64,000 nucleotides of DNA from an uncultured Eubacteriales bacterium. Lineage in GTDB: Bacteria; Acidobacteriota; Aminicenantia; Aminicenantales; Aminicenantaceae. The translations under genes were made by a program, and so were the position numbers. The notes below the pieces were generated by a model. The model had not been told where the DNA came from and ran no database searches. It was given only the letters and a program-made list of their open reading frames with translations. This document shows positions 37,092-48,122 of this stretch, piece after piece (within the stretch, counting starts at the first letter, position 1; every line of letters starts with the position of its first letter). The DNA lies in the NCBI GenBank assembly GCA_964514305.1, contig CAZEQD010000001.1, positions 27,181 to 91,180 of the forward strand. Reading direction: 5' to 3'.

Positions 37092-38491
37092 TATTTTTTT
37101 ATTCCTTTCTCAGTTTCCAGGGCTTTAATAATTTCAGGAATAATACGATAAATACTTCCTGCCCCCATGACAATCACCATATCCTGGGGTTTGACGATTT
37201 TTTTAACTAAAGCCGGAATTTTGACCATGTCTGGCTCAAAAAAGATATCTCTATGGCCAAAATTTTTTATTTCTTGATAAAGAGCTTCACCTGTTACCCC
37301 TGGAATAGGGTTTTCTCCAGCCGGGTAGATTTCAGTTACAAGCAGGATGTCTGCCTGGTTAAAGGAAGTGGCAAAGTTTTTCATAAGCAAAGAGAGACGG
37401 CTGTAGCGATGGGGTTGAAAAATGCCGACAATTCTGCGTCCCCAACCGTTTTTGGCTGCTTCCAGAGTCGCTTTTATTTCAGTTGGATGATGAGCATAAT
37501 CTTCGATAATCATTATATCATCCACTATCTTCTTTAACTCAAAGCGGCGGCCTATGCCTTTATAATTTTCCAGTCCTTTAAATATTTTGGGAACCGGTAT
37601 TTCCAGATCCAGACCAACCCCTACCGCAGCCATGGCGTTAAAAACGCTGTGTTTTCCGGGAACATTAAGTCTTAGTTCTCCCAGCTCTTTTCCTTTCCAA
37701 AAGAGGATAGAAGAACTTGAGAAATTTTTAAATTTTAACTGGCTGATAAAAATATCTGCTTGAGATGATGAGCCATAAGTGATTAGCCTGCGGTCAAGGG
37801 AAGGGATTAGACTTTGGAGATTGGGGTCATCCAGGCAGAGAATCACAGGGCAGTAGAAGGGGACTTTGTTAGCGAAATGAACAAATGTCCGCTTCAACTC
37901 CTCAACGTTTTGGTACTGATCCAGATGTTCCTCATCCAGGTTGGTCAGGACTGCTATAAAGGGAGAGAGGTAAAGGAAGGAGCGGTCACTTTCATCTGCT
38001 TCGGCCACAATAAAATCTCCGGCGCCCAGCTTGGCGTGGGCACCGACAGTATTCAGGCGGCCGCCGACGATGATGGTGGGATCAAAACCGCCAGCTTCTA
38101 AGACGTGAGCAATCATCGACGTAGTAGAAGTTTTACCATGGGAGCCGGCCACAGCTACTCCATATTTCATTCTCATCAGCTCAGCCAGCATCTCTGCTCT
38201 GGGAATGACAGGTATTTTCCGCCTCCTGGCTTCTTCAACTTCCACATTGCCATCTTTGATAGCTGAGGAAATAACCACCACATCAGCTCCTTCTACTCTT
38301 TCAGCTTTATGGCCGATATATACTTTGGCCCCTAAGATAGACAATCTTTGAGTGGCCTGGTTGGCAGTGATATCCGAGCCGGAAACTTGGTAGCCGAGGT
38401 TAAGGAGGACTTCAGCGATGCCGCTCATTCCTGTCCCGCCGATTCCGATCATGTGAATGTGTTTCAGCTTATTGTAAATTTTCTTTACCAA
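37091..38491 (-). CDS. murC: UDP-N-acetylmuramate--L-alanine ligase MurC
   Basis: IHMIGIGGTGMSGIAEVL, GSHGKTST. Confidence 0.9.
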   Translation of the reverse strand: MVKKIYNKLKHIHMIGIGGTGMSGIAEVLLNLGYQVSGSDITANQATQRLSILGAKVYIGHKAERVEGADVVVISSAIKDGNVEVEEARRRKIPVIPRAEMLAELMRMKYGVAVAGSHGKTSTTSMIAHVLEAGGFDPTIIVGGRLNTVGAHAKLGAGDFIVAEADESDRSFLYLSPFIAVLTNLDEEHLDQYQNVEELKRTFVHFANKVPFYCPVILCLDDPNLQSLIPSLDRRLITYGSSSQADIFISQLKFKNFSSSSILFWKGKELGELRLNVPGKHSVFNAMAAVGVGLDLEIPVPKIFKGLENYKGIGRRFELKKIVDDIMIIEDYAHHPTEIKATLEAAKNGWGRRIVGIFQPHRYSRLSLLMKNFATSFNQADILLVTEIYPAGENPIPGVTGEALYQEIKNFGHRDIFFEPDMVKIPALVKKIVKPQDMVIVMGAGSIYRIIPEIIKALETEKGIKK

Positions 38492-38504
38492 TTGTCACTC
38501 CTTG

Positions 38505-39590
38505 TCATCCAGCCTCCATCATTTCCAGACAGAGGCAAGCAATTTTTTCGGTTACATTTTCTGTGCTTAAAGCCTCCAGGTTTTTCTCCATTTGATTTAT
38601 CTTGGCTCTATTCTTTAGAAAATCTATTATTTTCTCGGCCAGAAGGGGTGGTCTTAATTCCTCTTCGACCATAATTTCAGCCGCTTTCATTCTTTCTAAA
38701 TATCTGGCATTGAGAAGCTGATGGTTATCAGTCGCTTTTGAAAAGGGGATAAGAAGCGAGGCCTTGCGTGCGGCTATTAATTCAGCGATGGTGGTGGCTC
38801 CGGCACGGCTTATAATTAAATCAGATTTTTGAAAATATTGATCTATGTTATAAAAATAAGGAGCTACGACAACATCTTTAAATCCGTGTTGTTGATAGCT
38901 TTGTTTAACCCATTCTAAATCATTTTTTCCTGTTTGGTGGAGGATTATTAAGTTTTTTTTGACTTGGCTTAAATAGGGAAGAGCCTCGACCACTGCCTTA
39001 TTTAAAAAATTGCTGCCCTGGCTGCCTCCAAAAATAAGGACAGTCAGTTTATGGCTATCTTTTTCTTTGGGTTGAAGATTATAAAACTCTTCTCTAACAG
39101 GATTGCCTATGAAAATGCCTTTTCCTTTGAAGGCCGGTAAACTTTCCTTAAAGGCCACTACTGCTTTTCTGATCCAGGGGATAAGAAGACGGTTGGTAAA
39201 ACCTGGCTTTAGGTTTTGCTCAAGGATCAGGGTTGGGATTTTCAGCCAAGAGGCCAGGAGGACAATTGGGCCTGAACTGTAACCTCCTACACCAATCACC
39301 AAATCAGGTTTAAAACGCTTCAACAAAATCCAGGATTTTAAAAGAGAAAAAGGAATGAGGAAGAGAGATTTAATGATTTTCAGTCCTTTTCCTTTTAAGC
39401 CTTCAATTTTCATGGGAATAAAATCAACTTGATAATGGTTCATTATCTTTTTCTCAAGCCCTCGACTGCTGCCTACATATACAAGATCTAAGTTGGGATT
39501 TTTTTCCTTTAGCTTCTGGCCTACAGCCAGTCCTGGGTAGAGATGGCCAGCCGTACCACCGCCGCTTATGATAATTCTCTTTTTATTCAT
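38505..39590 (-). CDS. murG: UDP-GlcNAc:lipid I GlcNAc transferase MurG
   Basis: IIISGGGTAGHLYPGLAV. Start trimmed to Met18 to remove the overlap with ftsW. Confidence 0.9.
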   Translation of the reverse strand: MNKKRIIISGGGTAGHLYPGLAVGQKLKEKNPNLDLVYVGSSRGLEKKIMNHYQVDFIPMKIEGLKGKGLKIIKSLFLIPFSLLKSWILLKRFKPDLVIGVGGYSSGPIVLLASWLKIPTLILEQNLKPGFTNRLLIPWIRKAVVAFKESLPAFKGKGIFIGNPVREEFYNLQPKEKDSHKLTVLIFGGSQGSNFLNKAVVEALPYLSQVKKNLIILHQTGKNDLEWVKQSYQQHGFKDVVVAPYFYNIDQYFQKSDLIISRAGATTIAELIAARKASLLIPFSKATDNHQLLNARYLERMKAAEIMVEEELRPPLLAEKIIDFLKNRAKINQMEKNLEALSTENVTEKIACLCLEMMEAG

Positions 39591-40698
39591 TTTTACTTCG
39601 TCGGTAGCTCCTTCTCTGGGAAATATGAAGGAGAATGCCAATACTTAGCAAGGTGCAGAGAAGAGAAGAACGACCAAAGCTGATTAAAGGCAGGGGAAGA
39701 CCGGTGGGTGGACCTAATCCTAGGACAACGCTTATATTTAATAAGGCCTGAGTAAAGATAGCCAGAGTGAGTCCAGCTGCAATTAGCTGGCTGACGAGGG
39801 TTGGTGCTCGCAGGGAAATAACTATTCCTCTCCATAAAAAAATGATAAATAAAGTCAGAATAGCCAGAGTGCCAATAAGCCCAAATTCTTCGCCAACAAT
39901 GGCAAAAATATAGTCAGTATGAGCGCAGGGTAAAAAGAATAACTTTTGCGTGCTTTTCCCTAGGCTTACCCCGAATAGTCCTCCCGCGCCGACCGCCAGC
40001 TTGGATTGGATGACCTGAAAGCCAGTACCTTGAGGATCTTTAGTCGGAGAAAGGAAGGCGAAAATTCTGTTTAATCTGTAGCTTGCATGAAAGAGGTAAA
40101 AGGTAAAAAGTAAGAGTGAGCTCGTTCCCAAAATAAGAAAGTGTTTAAGTCTAACTCCCCCTATAAAAAGGAGTACTGAACAGATAACACAGATTAAAAG
40201 GGCTGTTCCATAATCCGGCTCCTTGATTATCAATAAGATAAAAAGGAAAAGAATAGTCAAAGGAAAAATAAGAGCACGAAATTCTTGCAGCTTATCTTTT
40301 TTTTGCCCTAGATAACAGCTTAGAAAGAGAATCAAGCTTAGCTTGGCCAGTTCCGAGGGCTGAAATCTAAGGCCAAAAAATTGAATCCAGCGGTTGGTAT
40401 TGCCTACGGCAGGCATAAAAAAACAGAGAGCTAAGAGGAAGATGGAAAGAAATAAAAGCCCATAGATAACATAAGAGTTTTGATATAGAGGTTTTCTTAC
40501 AGAAATTATAAAGGCAATTAGAATAATACCTAGGCCAGCCACTATGATTTGGTTTATAAAGAAATAAAACGGCTGATGATATTTTTCGCTGGCCAGAATT
40601 CCGGAGGAACTGAAAACCATCAGCAGGCCAATTGCAATCATACTGAGGATGGTCAGTAAAAGAATCTTGTCAAAACCGTAGGGTCGAAAAATTTCCAT
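39583..40698 (-). CDS. ftsW: Peptidoglycan glycosyltransferase FtsW (SEDS family)
   Basis: Polytopic SEDS protein in the conserved dcw position. Confidence 0.85.
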   Translation of the reverse strand: MEIFRPYGFDKILLLTILSMIAIGLLMVFSSSGILASEKYHQPFYFFINQIIVAGLGIILIAFIISVRKPLYQNSYVIYGLLFLSIFLLALCFFMPAVGNTNRWIQFFGLRFQPSELAKLSLILFLSCYLGQKKDKLQEFRALIFPLTILFLFILLIIKEPDYGTALLICVICSVLLFIGGVRLKHFLILGTSSLLLFTFYLFHASYRLNRIFAFLSPTKDPQGTGFQVIQSKLAVGAGGLFGVSLGKSTQKLFFLPCAHTDYIFAIVGEEFGLIGTLAILTLFIIFLWRGIVISLRAPTLVSQLIAAGLTLAIFTQALLNISVVLGLGPPTGLPLPLISFGRSSLLCTLLSIGILLHISQRRSYRRSKNE

Positions 40699-40700
40699 TT

Positions 40701-42068
40701 TTAAGTTTCCCCTTTTTTGGCTGTTCTTTTGAGAGATAATACTTCTTGCTTAAAGACTCGGCCTCTTTCTTCGAAATTGTTAAACATGTCAAAACTAGTG
40801 CAAGCTGGAGCCAGGAGGACAACTTCTCCTGAACGGGCAGTTTCAAAACCAGCCTTAACCGCTTCTTTTAAAGATGAGACCTCTTTCATGGGGACTATGT
40901 TTTTTAAAGACATTTTTATTTTTTGGGCAGCTTCCCCCAACAAGATGATGTTTTTTACTCGTTCCTGGATGGATTTAGCCAGTTTTGTAAAATCACCTCC
41001 TTTGTCTCTTCCTCCTAAAATAAGAATAATATTTGCCTTAAAACTCTGAATTGATTTTAGTGCAGCCTCGACATTGGTTGCCTTAGAATCATTATAAAAA
41101 TCCACTCCTCTTATTGAGGTTACCCATTCTAAACGATGTTCGAGCCCCTTGAAACTTTTAATTGAGTTGCTTATTGTCTGGGGCGAGATGGAAAGAAGGT
41201 GGCCGACTAAGGCCGAGGCCATGACATTTTCTAAGTTATGACTTCCTAAGAGAGGAATTTGATAAGTTTCTAAAAGTGGCTGCTGGCCGCCGTTGCTAAT
41301 TATTAGCTGTTGGCCCTGGAGAAAGCAGCCAGGATTTACCTTTTTCTTTTGGCTGAACGCATAAATTTTTGATTTTAGCTGTGAATGTAAATTCCAGACA
41401 AGAGGATCGTCTCGATTGAGAATAGCTCTTTCTTCTCCGTTCTGAAAAGTTAAAAGTTTTGTTTTGGCTTGATAATAGTCAGAAAAACTGGGGTGCCAAT
41501 CAAGATGGTCAGGCGAAACATTAAGGAAAACGGCTATATCTGCTTTGAATTGCTCAATATATTGAAGCTGAAAGCTAGAGACTTCTGTGACGTATATATC
41601 CTCTTGCTTACTATTTTGGACAAAGCTGATAAGAGGGGTGCCGATATTTCCCGCTAAATAGGCTGGCAGCCCTCCCTCTTTAAGGATTTTAAAAGTAAGG
41701 GCGGCCGTGGTTGATTTTCCATTAGAGCCGGTTATACCGACTATTTTTCCTTTTAAAAATCTGGAAGCAAGCTCTATTTCAGATATGATTTTTACACCAT
41801 TACTGGCTGCCCTTTGGAGGGGAGCGATCGGAGGCACTCCAGGACTGGGTACAATTAAATCTGCTTTTAGAAAAGATTGGAGTCTGTGCTCTCCTGTTTC
41901 AATGGTAATTCCTTTCTCTTCCCAGAAAGAAATTTTAGCCCCTAATTCTTGGGCACTTTTTTTATCACTTACTTTAACAATGGCTTCCTTTGAAAGCAGA
42001 AAACGGCAGAGCGCCTCGCCTGTTTTTCCCAAGCCGACAACCAATACTTTTTTACCTTTGAGGTTCAT
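40701..42068 (-). CDS. murD: UDP-N-acetylmuramoylalanine--D-glutamate ligase MurD
   Basis: GSNGKSTT, GGRDKGGDF. dcw position. Confidence 0.9.
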   Translation of the reverse strand: MNLKGKKVLVVGLGKTGEALCRFLLSKEAIVKVSDKKSAQELGAKISFWEEKGITIETGEHRLQSFLKADLIVPSPGVPPIAPLQRAASNGVKIISEIELASRFLKGKIVGITGSNGKSTTAALTFKILKEGGLPAYLAGNIGTPLISFVQNSKQEDIYVTEVSSFQLQYIEQFKADIAVFLNVSPDHLDWHPSFSDYYQAKTKLLTFQNGEERAILNRDDPLVWNLHSQLKSKIYAFSQKKKVNPGCFLQGQQLIISNGGQQPLLETYQIPLLGSHNLENVMASALVGHLLSISPQTISNSIKSFKGLEHRLEWVTSIRGVDFYNDSKATNVEAALKSIQSFKANIILILGGRDKGGDFTKLAKSIQERVKNIILLGEAAQKIKMSLKNIVPMKEVSSLKEAVKAGFETARSGEVVLLAPACTSFDMFNNFEERGRVFKQEVLSLKRTAKKGET

Positions 42069-42069
42069 T

Positions 42070-43155
42070 TTATCTCAACTTTAAAGTGGTCAGACTAAAA
42101 AGAGCGAAGATGACAGCCGCAATCCAGAAACGAACCACGATCTTTTCTTCTGACCAGCCTAAAAGCTCAAAGTGATGATGGAGAGGAGCCATTTTAAATA
42201 TCCTTTTGCCTCCTGTTATCTTAAAATAAGCTATTTGAAGAAGAACTGACAGCGCTTCCAGGATGAAAACACCAGCTACCATAAAAAGCAAGAATTCCTG
42301 TTTGATTAAAATAGAAACAATGCCGATAGTGGCTCCAAGGGACAGAGCTCCAACATCACCCATAAAGAGCTGGGCGGGATGACAGTTATACCAAAGAAAA
42401 CCAAGACAGGCTCCTGACATAGCGCCTACAAAAATAGTTAATTCGGCTGCCCGGGGGACCCGGGCAATATTTAAATACTGAGACCAGAGCGCATGGCCTG
42501 CAATATAGGAAAGAGCAGTGAAGGCACTGGCGCTGATAAGAGTCAAGCCAATGGCCAGGCCGTCCAGACCGTCAGCCAGGTTAACAGAATTGGAGGAGCC
42601 AACAACTATGAACATAATCCAGGGAAGGTAAAACCAGCCTAGATAAGGGGCCCATTTTTTGAAAAAGGGAAGCTGCCAGCGCAGGCTGAATTCTCCTTGA
42701 AATCCTAAATAAACAAGGACAGCGGCCACGAGGGTTGCTAATATTATTTGGAAAATTAATTTACGGCGGATGATAAGGCCTGAGTTCTTTTTCTTTATTT
42801 TAAGATAATCATCCCAAAAGCCTAAAAGGCCGAAGCAGATCATAGTGCCCATGGCTATCCAGAGATAGACATCGCTTAAATTAGCCCAAAGGAGAGTGGG
42901 GATAATGGTTGAGCCTATGATGAGCAATCCTCCCATAGAAGGAGTGCCTTTTTTTTGCAAATGAGATTGAGGGCCCTCGGCTCTTATTTCTTCACCAAGA
43001 TGATATTTTTTGAGGAACTTAATAGCCAGGGGTCCAAGGATAAAGCTCATCAATAGAGCAGTGATGCCGGCCAGAGCAGTTCTGACGGTTATGTAGCGGA
43101 AGACATTAAAGAAAATGTAGTATTGTTTGAGCGGTACCAGGAGGTAATATAACAT
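42070..43155 (-). CDS. mraY: Phospho-N-acetylmuramoyl-pentapeptide transferase MraY
   Basis: Polytopic, PSMGGLLI, NSVNLADGLDGLA. Confidence 0.9.
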   Translation of the reverse strand: MLYYLLVPLKQYYIFFNVFRYITVRTALAGITALLMSFILGPLAIKFLKKYHLGEEIRAEGPQSHLQKKGTPSMGGLLIIGSTIIPTLLWANLSDVYLWIAMGTMICFGLLGFWDDYLKIKKKNSGLIIRRKLIFQIILATLVAAVLVYLGFQGEFSLRWQLPFFKKWAPYLGWFYLPWIMFIVVGSSNSVNLADGLDGLAIGLTLISASAFTALSYIAGHALWSQYLNIARVPRAAELTIFVGAMSGACLGFLWYNCHPAQLFMGDVGALSLGATIGIVSILIKQEFLLFMVAGVFILEALSVLLQIAYFKITGGKRIFKMAPLHHHFELLGWSEEKIVVRFWIAAVIFALFSLTTLKLR

Positions 43156-43156
43156 T

Positions 43157-44539
43157 CTAATTCTCTCCTGATTTCAATTTCTCGATGATCTTTTCTGTCT
43201 CCATTTTTCTTGAACCTTTAACTAGGATAAAATCTCCCTCCTCAACCAGAGACCATATTTGAGCGGCCACCTCCTCTGAATTTTGGAAAATATGGATCTG
43301 ATTTTTTCTCAAACCGGCGGCCATAGCTCCTTCGGCCAAGTGAATACTTAAAGGGCCTATAGCTATCAACCTATCCCATCCCCATTTGCTCACCTGTTTT
43401 CCAGCCTGGCGATGAAATTCAACCTCTTTTGCTCCCAACTCCAACATATCTGCTAAGACAGCTACTTTTCTGCGGCCGGGCAAACTGGATAGCCCCCTTA
43501 GGGCTGCCTCCAGAGCCTTAGGATTGGAATTATAAGATTCATCAAAGATTTTAATGTTTTTTTTAAGGCGAATAAGAACACCTCTACCTGGAAGAGGCTT
43601 TAATTTTTTTATTTGACTAAGGAGAGCCTCAAAAGGCACCTTCAGCTTAAATGCAATAGCCGCGGCCGCTAGGAAGTTGTAAAGGAAGCTTTCATAAAAA
43701 AATGGAAAATCAACTTGTTTATGAAAGTGGCCGTAAACAAAATCAAATTTCATTCCTTTAAAGCCACATTTCTTTACTTGTTCTGCTCTTATCTGGCATT
43801 GAGATGAGAGGCCGAAAAATATTTTTTCTCCCTTCCAATCTTTGGAGATATTTTTTACCCGAGAGTCGTCTCCATTGAGAACGGCTGCTCCTTCTGGCTT
43901 TGTTCCTTCCAGTATTTCTTTTTTAGTTGCTCCAATTTCCTCAATATTTTTAAAAAATTGGAGATGGACAGGGTTGATATTGGTAATGACAGCTATATCT
44001 GGTGGGGCAATTTTAGTCAGATCCATGATCTCCCCGGGAGCACTCATGGCCATTTCCAGCACAGCCACTTCATGCTTGTCGTTCAGGCTAAGCAGAGATA
44101 GAGGAAGGCCGATTTGGTTGTTGAAATTTCCCTTGGATTTAAGAACATTAAAAACTGGTTTCAACAACTGGGCTGCAAATTCTTTGGTGGTTGTTTTGCC
44201 AGAACTACCAGTTATGCCTACTACCTTCACTCGATGCTCGGAAAGAACATGAGCAGCCAACTGTTGGAGAGCCGAAAGAGTATCTTTGACTTTGATCAGA
44301 CCCACCTGGCTGGGTAGGGAATCGATTTTTCTTGAAATTACGGCGGCTGCGGCTCCCTTGCGGATAGCCTCTACTACAAAATCATGTCCATCTCGGTTGG
44401 CTATTAAAGCAAAGAAAAGTTCCCCTGGTTCTGTCTTCCGGGAATCTATGTTGAATCTGGTGAAAATAAGGGAAGGAGAACCTTGAAGGATAACTCCCCC
44501 AGTTTTAACAGCAATTTGCTCTAAACTTAGATTAACCAA
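43157..44539 (-). CDS. murF: UDP-MurNAc-tripeptide--D-Ala-D-Ala ligase MurF
   Basis: GITGSSGKTTTKE Mur ligase fold. dcw position. Confidence 0.85.
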   Translation of the reverse strand: MVNLSLEQIAVKTGGVILQGSPSLIFTRFNIDSRKTEPGELFFALIANRDGHDFVVEAIRKGAAAAVISRKIDSLPSQVGLIKVKDTLSALQQLAAHVLSEHRVKVVGITGSSGKTTTKEFAAQLLKPVFNVLKSKGNFNNQIGLPLSLLSLNDKHEVAVLEMAMSAPGEIMDLTKIAPPDIAVITNINPVHLQFFKNIEEIGATKKEILEGTKPEGAAVLNGDDSRVKNISKDWKGEKIFFGLSSQCQIRAEQVKKCGFKGMKFDFVYGHFHKQVDFPFFYESFLYNFLAAAAIAFKLKVPFEALLSQIKKLKPLPGRGVLIRLKKNIKIFDESYNSNPKALEAALRGLSSLPGRRKVAVLADMLELGAKEVEFHRQAGKQVSKWGWDRLIAIGPLSIHLAEGAMAAGLRKNQIHIFQNSEEVAAQIWSLVEEGDFILVKGSRKMETEKIIEKLKSGEN

Positions 44540-46007
44540 TGTCTTTGGACTCCATCTCTTTGAGAATTTCTTTTATGACGCAGCCATCATCAAAGGGAAT
44601 AACTCTGCGGCCGATTATTTGATAATCTTCATGGCCCTTGCCGGCCACTAAGATATAATCTCCTTTTTTCCCCATAAGAAGAGCTTTGTGGATAGCAGCT
44701 CTTCGATCAGGTTCGATTTCATATTTCTTTGAACCCTCTGTCATGAAACCCTGTTCGATCTCGGCAATAATGGCCAGAGGATCTTCTGAGCGGGGATTGT
44801 CTGTGGTGATGATCGTCCAATCTGCCAACTGGCTGGCTACTTTTCCCATTCTCTTTCTTTTGCTTTTATCGCGGTCGCCTCCAGCCCCGAAAACTAAGAT
44901 AATACGGGGAGGATTAAATTTGCGGACTGTTTCCAGCAAATTTCGGAGGGCATCATCGGTATGGGCGTAATCGACAAAGATATTTAAACCTTGAGAATTT
45001 TTTATTTTTTCGAATCGTCCTGGTACACCCTGAAGAGAAGATATACCTTGTTGAATAGCTGGCAAGGGGAGGCTGAGGGTTAAAGCGGTGGCCACTGCTG
45101 CTAAGATGTTGTAAATATTTGGAAGCCCGAGCAGGGGAGAGGAGAGGTTTACTATTCCCCCAGGGTATTTAACTTGGAGTTTGAGGCCACGATCATTAAG
45201 GCTGTATTTTTGAGCTTGGATGATGGCTTTCTTTTCCAACCCATAAGATATGACACTTGTTGGTACTTCTTCTATTAGCTTTTTCCCCCACCAGTCATCT
45301 ATATTGATGACAGCCATTCGCTTTTTCTTATTAAGAAAGAAAAGTTTTTTTTTGGCTGCAAAGTAGTTGTCCATAGAGTGATGATAATCAAGGTGTTCGC
45401 CGCTTAAATTAGTAAAAACAGCTACATCAAAACCGATGCACGCCACTCGTTTTAACTCTAGGGCATGGGAGGAAACTTCTATCAGGCAATGAGTGGCTCC
45501 TCCGGTTGCCATTTGGCTTAGAATCTTCTGGAGATCAGGAGCTTCTGGAGTGGTTCTTTGGGCTTTTATTTTTATCCCCGGCCCTCGATAGGATATGGTG
45601 CCAATAACGCCAGGGGCGTAGCCAGCTTTGTTTAAGATAGCTTCCAGCAAATAAGTCACCGTAGTCTTTCCCTTGGTTCCAGTTATACCCACAACTTTCA
45701 TTTTTTGGGAAGGATGAGCGTAGAAATTAGCCGAGCAAAGAGCCAGTGCTAGACGAGCATCAGCAGTTTGGATCCAGCTTTTATTAAAGTTTTGGGGGCT
45801 TTCTCTTTCGCTTAAAAAAGCCACAGCTCCTTTCTGATTGGCTTCATGGATAAAGAGGTAGCCATCTGTTTTCTCTCCCTTTAAAGCAGCAAACAGGAAT
45901 CCAGGTTTTATTTCTTTGGAAGAGTAGGCTAGTCCTTTAATTTCTTGGTCTTGGTTGCCGGCAAAATCCAAAATGGAGACTCCGGCTAACAAATCTTTAA
46001 GTTTCAT
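44532..46007 (-). CDS. murE: UDP-MurNAc-L-Ala-D-Glu--2,6-diaminopimelate (or L-Lys) ligase MurE
   Basis: GITGTKGKTTV. Start trimmed to MKLKDLL. The track ORF's N-terminal extension overlaps ftsI. Confidence 0.85.
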   Translation of the reverse strand: MKLKDLLAGVSILDFAGNQDQEIKGLAYSSKEIKPGFLFAALKGEKTDGYLFIHEANQKGAVAFLSERESPQNFNKSWIQTADARLALALCSANFYAHPSQKMKVVGITGTKGKTTVTYLLEAILNKAGYAPGVIGTISYRGPGIKIKAQRTTPEAPDLQKILSQMATGGATHCLIEVSSHALELKRVACIGFDVAVFTNLSGEHLDYHHSMDNYFAAKKKLFFLNKKKRMAVINIDDWWGKKLIEEVPTSVISYGLEKKAIIQAQKYSLNDRGLKLQVKYPGGIVNLSSPLLGLPNIYNILAAVATALTLSLPLPAIQQGISSLQGVPGRFEKIKNSQGLNIFVDYAHTDDALRNLLETVRKFNPPRIILVFGAGGDRDKSKRKRMGKVASQLADWTIITTDNPRSEDPLAIIAEIEQGFMTEGSKKYEIEPDRRAAIHKALLMGKKGDYILVAGKGHEDYQIIGRRVIPFDDGCVIKEILKEMESKDIG

Positions 46008-47755
46008 CAGTTTTCTAATCTCCAGGGATTGGCGGCGATTATTGTCTTTGTTCCTTCGAGTTGAGGTGGTATTCCCAGGTAGCGGAGAATCTGGCTGGCA
46101 ATGCGCCGCCAAATTGGGGCTGAGACCTGACCTCCGTAGTACTGTCCCTGAGGATCATCAATGACCACAATCATCGAGAAAATGGGCTTTTTATCCCAGA
46201 CAAAACCTACAAAAGAAGCTGTATGAGAAGATGAAGAATAGCGACCTGTGACGGGATTAAATTTTTGGGCAGTTCCTGTCTTGCCAGCAATGTTGTAGCC
46301 TTTAATTTGGGCGGCCTGACCTGTGCCTCCCTCTACTGCTTTTTTTAAGATTGAGATCAAGGTATTGGCCGTTGATTCAGAGATAACCCTTCGGTAATAG
46401 GCTGGTTCACCCGTCGTCTGCTTATTGGAGGAGAGCATAGCTTTGACAATTTTAGGCTTGGCTACTACTCCTTTATTAGCAACAGTGTTGATGGCTTGGA
46501 GAACTTGAAGGGCAGTTACAGAAATTTCATAGCCAATAGAAAGGGAAGCCTTTGATATTTTTGACCATTGGTTGGGAGGCCTAAGAAGTCCTTTTTCTTC
46601 GGCCGGCAGGTCAATTCCAGTTTTTTGGCCAAATCCGAAAGATTTTATTGTCTGATAAAGAACTTTGGAGTCTATCTGCTGACCAATTTGAATGGTGCCT
46701 ACGTTGGAAGAATGAATAATGACTTCAGGAAAGGAAAGCAAGCCAAATTTATGGTAATCTCTGAAAGTCTTGCCAGCTAGGGAAATAACCTGGCTGCTGC
46801 AATCAAAAACCTGATCTAAAGCTACCGATTTAGATTCCATGGCTGCGGCTGCTGTAACTATCTTGAAAGTTGAGCCAGGATCAAAAATGTTATGGATAGC
46901 CTGGATCCTGTCTATAAGTAATGGATTGGAAGGGAGATGGTTGAGGTCATAAGTGGGATAATTGGCCATAGCCAGGATTTCTCCAGAGACAGGATTGCTA
47001 ATGATAACAGTTCCCCACTTAGCTTTTTTTTCTCTTACAGTTTTGGCTAATTCAGTCTCGGCAATGTATTCAATGGTGCTGTTAATGGTTAAAACGAGAT
47101 CATTTCCTGGAACAGGCTCCTCGAGGGTTTCAAAGTGGTATTTTCTTTGCTTGGCGTCTCTTAAGATAAGCCTTTTACCCTTCTTGCCTGCTAGCTGAGA
47201 ATTATATTTAAGTTCTACTCCTGATGCTCCCGAGTCGTCGATATCCACTCTTCCCAAGATTTGAGCAGCCAGTCTTCCTTGGGGATAAAATCTTTTTGTT
47301 TCTTCAGTAAAGTGAATCCCTTTTAAATGAAGTTTTTTTACCTTTTGGGCTTGGGCTGGGGTAATTTTCCTTTTTACCCAGATGAAAGGGACGTCAGCTT
47401 TTATTCTTTTTTTGATTTTTTGTAAATCTTGATTGGAGAGGCTGATGACTGTTTTTAATTTCTTAATCTTTAATATTTGCTTTTCTGGCGATTCATCTTT
47501 TAAAGGTGTGTAATAGATAGAAGGGGTGGGGATACTTCGGGCCAAAATTTCTCCTTGGCAGTCATAGATGGTTCCCCTCTTGGGCTGAATGGTATGAATA
47601 CTTCTGTTCTGGACATTAACTTCAGCTTTTAGCTGATTATGTTTCAAAACTTGAAGTTGAACAAGACGGAAAATGATAACAGTAACCCATAGTAAAGAAA
47701 AGACAGTAAAAATAATTGTCCTTTTTTTTATCTTTTTTTGATAGAGACTACTCAT
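46007..47755 (-). CDS. ftsI: Peptidoglycan D,D-transpeptidase FtsI (class B PBP)
   Basis: N-terminal TM. STFK, SSN and KTGT motifs. Confidence 0.85.
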   Translation of the reverse strand: MSSLYQKKIKKRTIIFTVFSLLWVTVIIFRLVQLQVLKHNQLKAEVNVQNRSIHTIQPKRGTIYDCQGEILARSIPTPSIYYTPLKDESPEKQILKIKKLKTVISLSNQDLQKIKKRIKADVPFIWVKRKITPAQAQKVKKLHLKGIHFTEETKRFYPQGRLAAQILGRVDIDDSGASGVELKYNSQLAGKKGKRLILRDAKQRKYHFETLEEPVPGNDLVLTINSTIEYIAETELAKTVREKKAKWGTVIISNPVSGEILAMANYPTYDLNHLPSNPLLIDRIQAIHNIFDPGSTFKIVTAAAAMESKSVALDQVFDCSSQVISLAGKTFRDYHKFGLLSFPEVIIHSSNVGTIQIGQQIDSKVLYQTIKSFGFGQKTGIDLPAEEKGLLRPPNQWSKISKASLSIGYEISVTALQVLQAINTVANKGVVAKPKIVKAMLSSNKQTTGEPAYYRRVISESTANTLISILKKAVEGGTGQAAQIKGYNIAGKTGTAQKFNPVTGRYSSSSHTASFVGFVWDKKPIFSMIVVIDDPQGQYYGGQVSAPIWRRIASQILRYLGIPPQLEGTKTIIAANPWRLEN

Positions 47756-47822
47756 TAGATATTATTTGTTTCTTATTGTCATGTAATCATTTCCAAATTC
47801 GCAATGATTACTATTGAACAAA

Positions 47823-48122
47823 TCATGGGCAAGGTTTAAATTCATCATAAATAATTTGTTCTTTTTTGACCTTGTCCATTTTTAATTTCTGTTTAGCAAT
47901 TTTTTCTATTTTTTCTAAAGCCAAGAGTGAGGATTTTTCAGCCTCTAACTTTTCTACTTCTTTCCTAAGGGTAAGAAGTCTTTCTTCAAGCTGGCCTATC
48001 TTGTAACCCAATCTGACCGATTCAATTTGGTTCCAGACGTAAAAAATAAGAACAAGCATGGCCAGAACAGTCAAAACCAGGCCCATCAATATTTCTTTTT
48101 TGTTAAGTTTTTTCCTAACCAT
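47823..48122 (-). CDS. ftsL: Cell division protein FtsL-like
   Basis: 99 aa: single TM plus coiled coil, between rsmH and ftsI. Confidence 0.5.
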   Translation of the reverse strand: MVRKKLNKKEILMGLVLTVLAMLVLIFYVWNQIESVRLGYKIGQLEERLLTLRKEVEKLEAEKSSLLALEKIEKIAKQKLKMDKVKKEQIIYDEFKPCP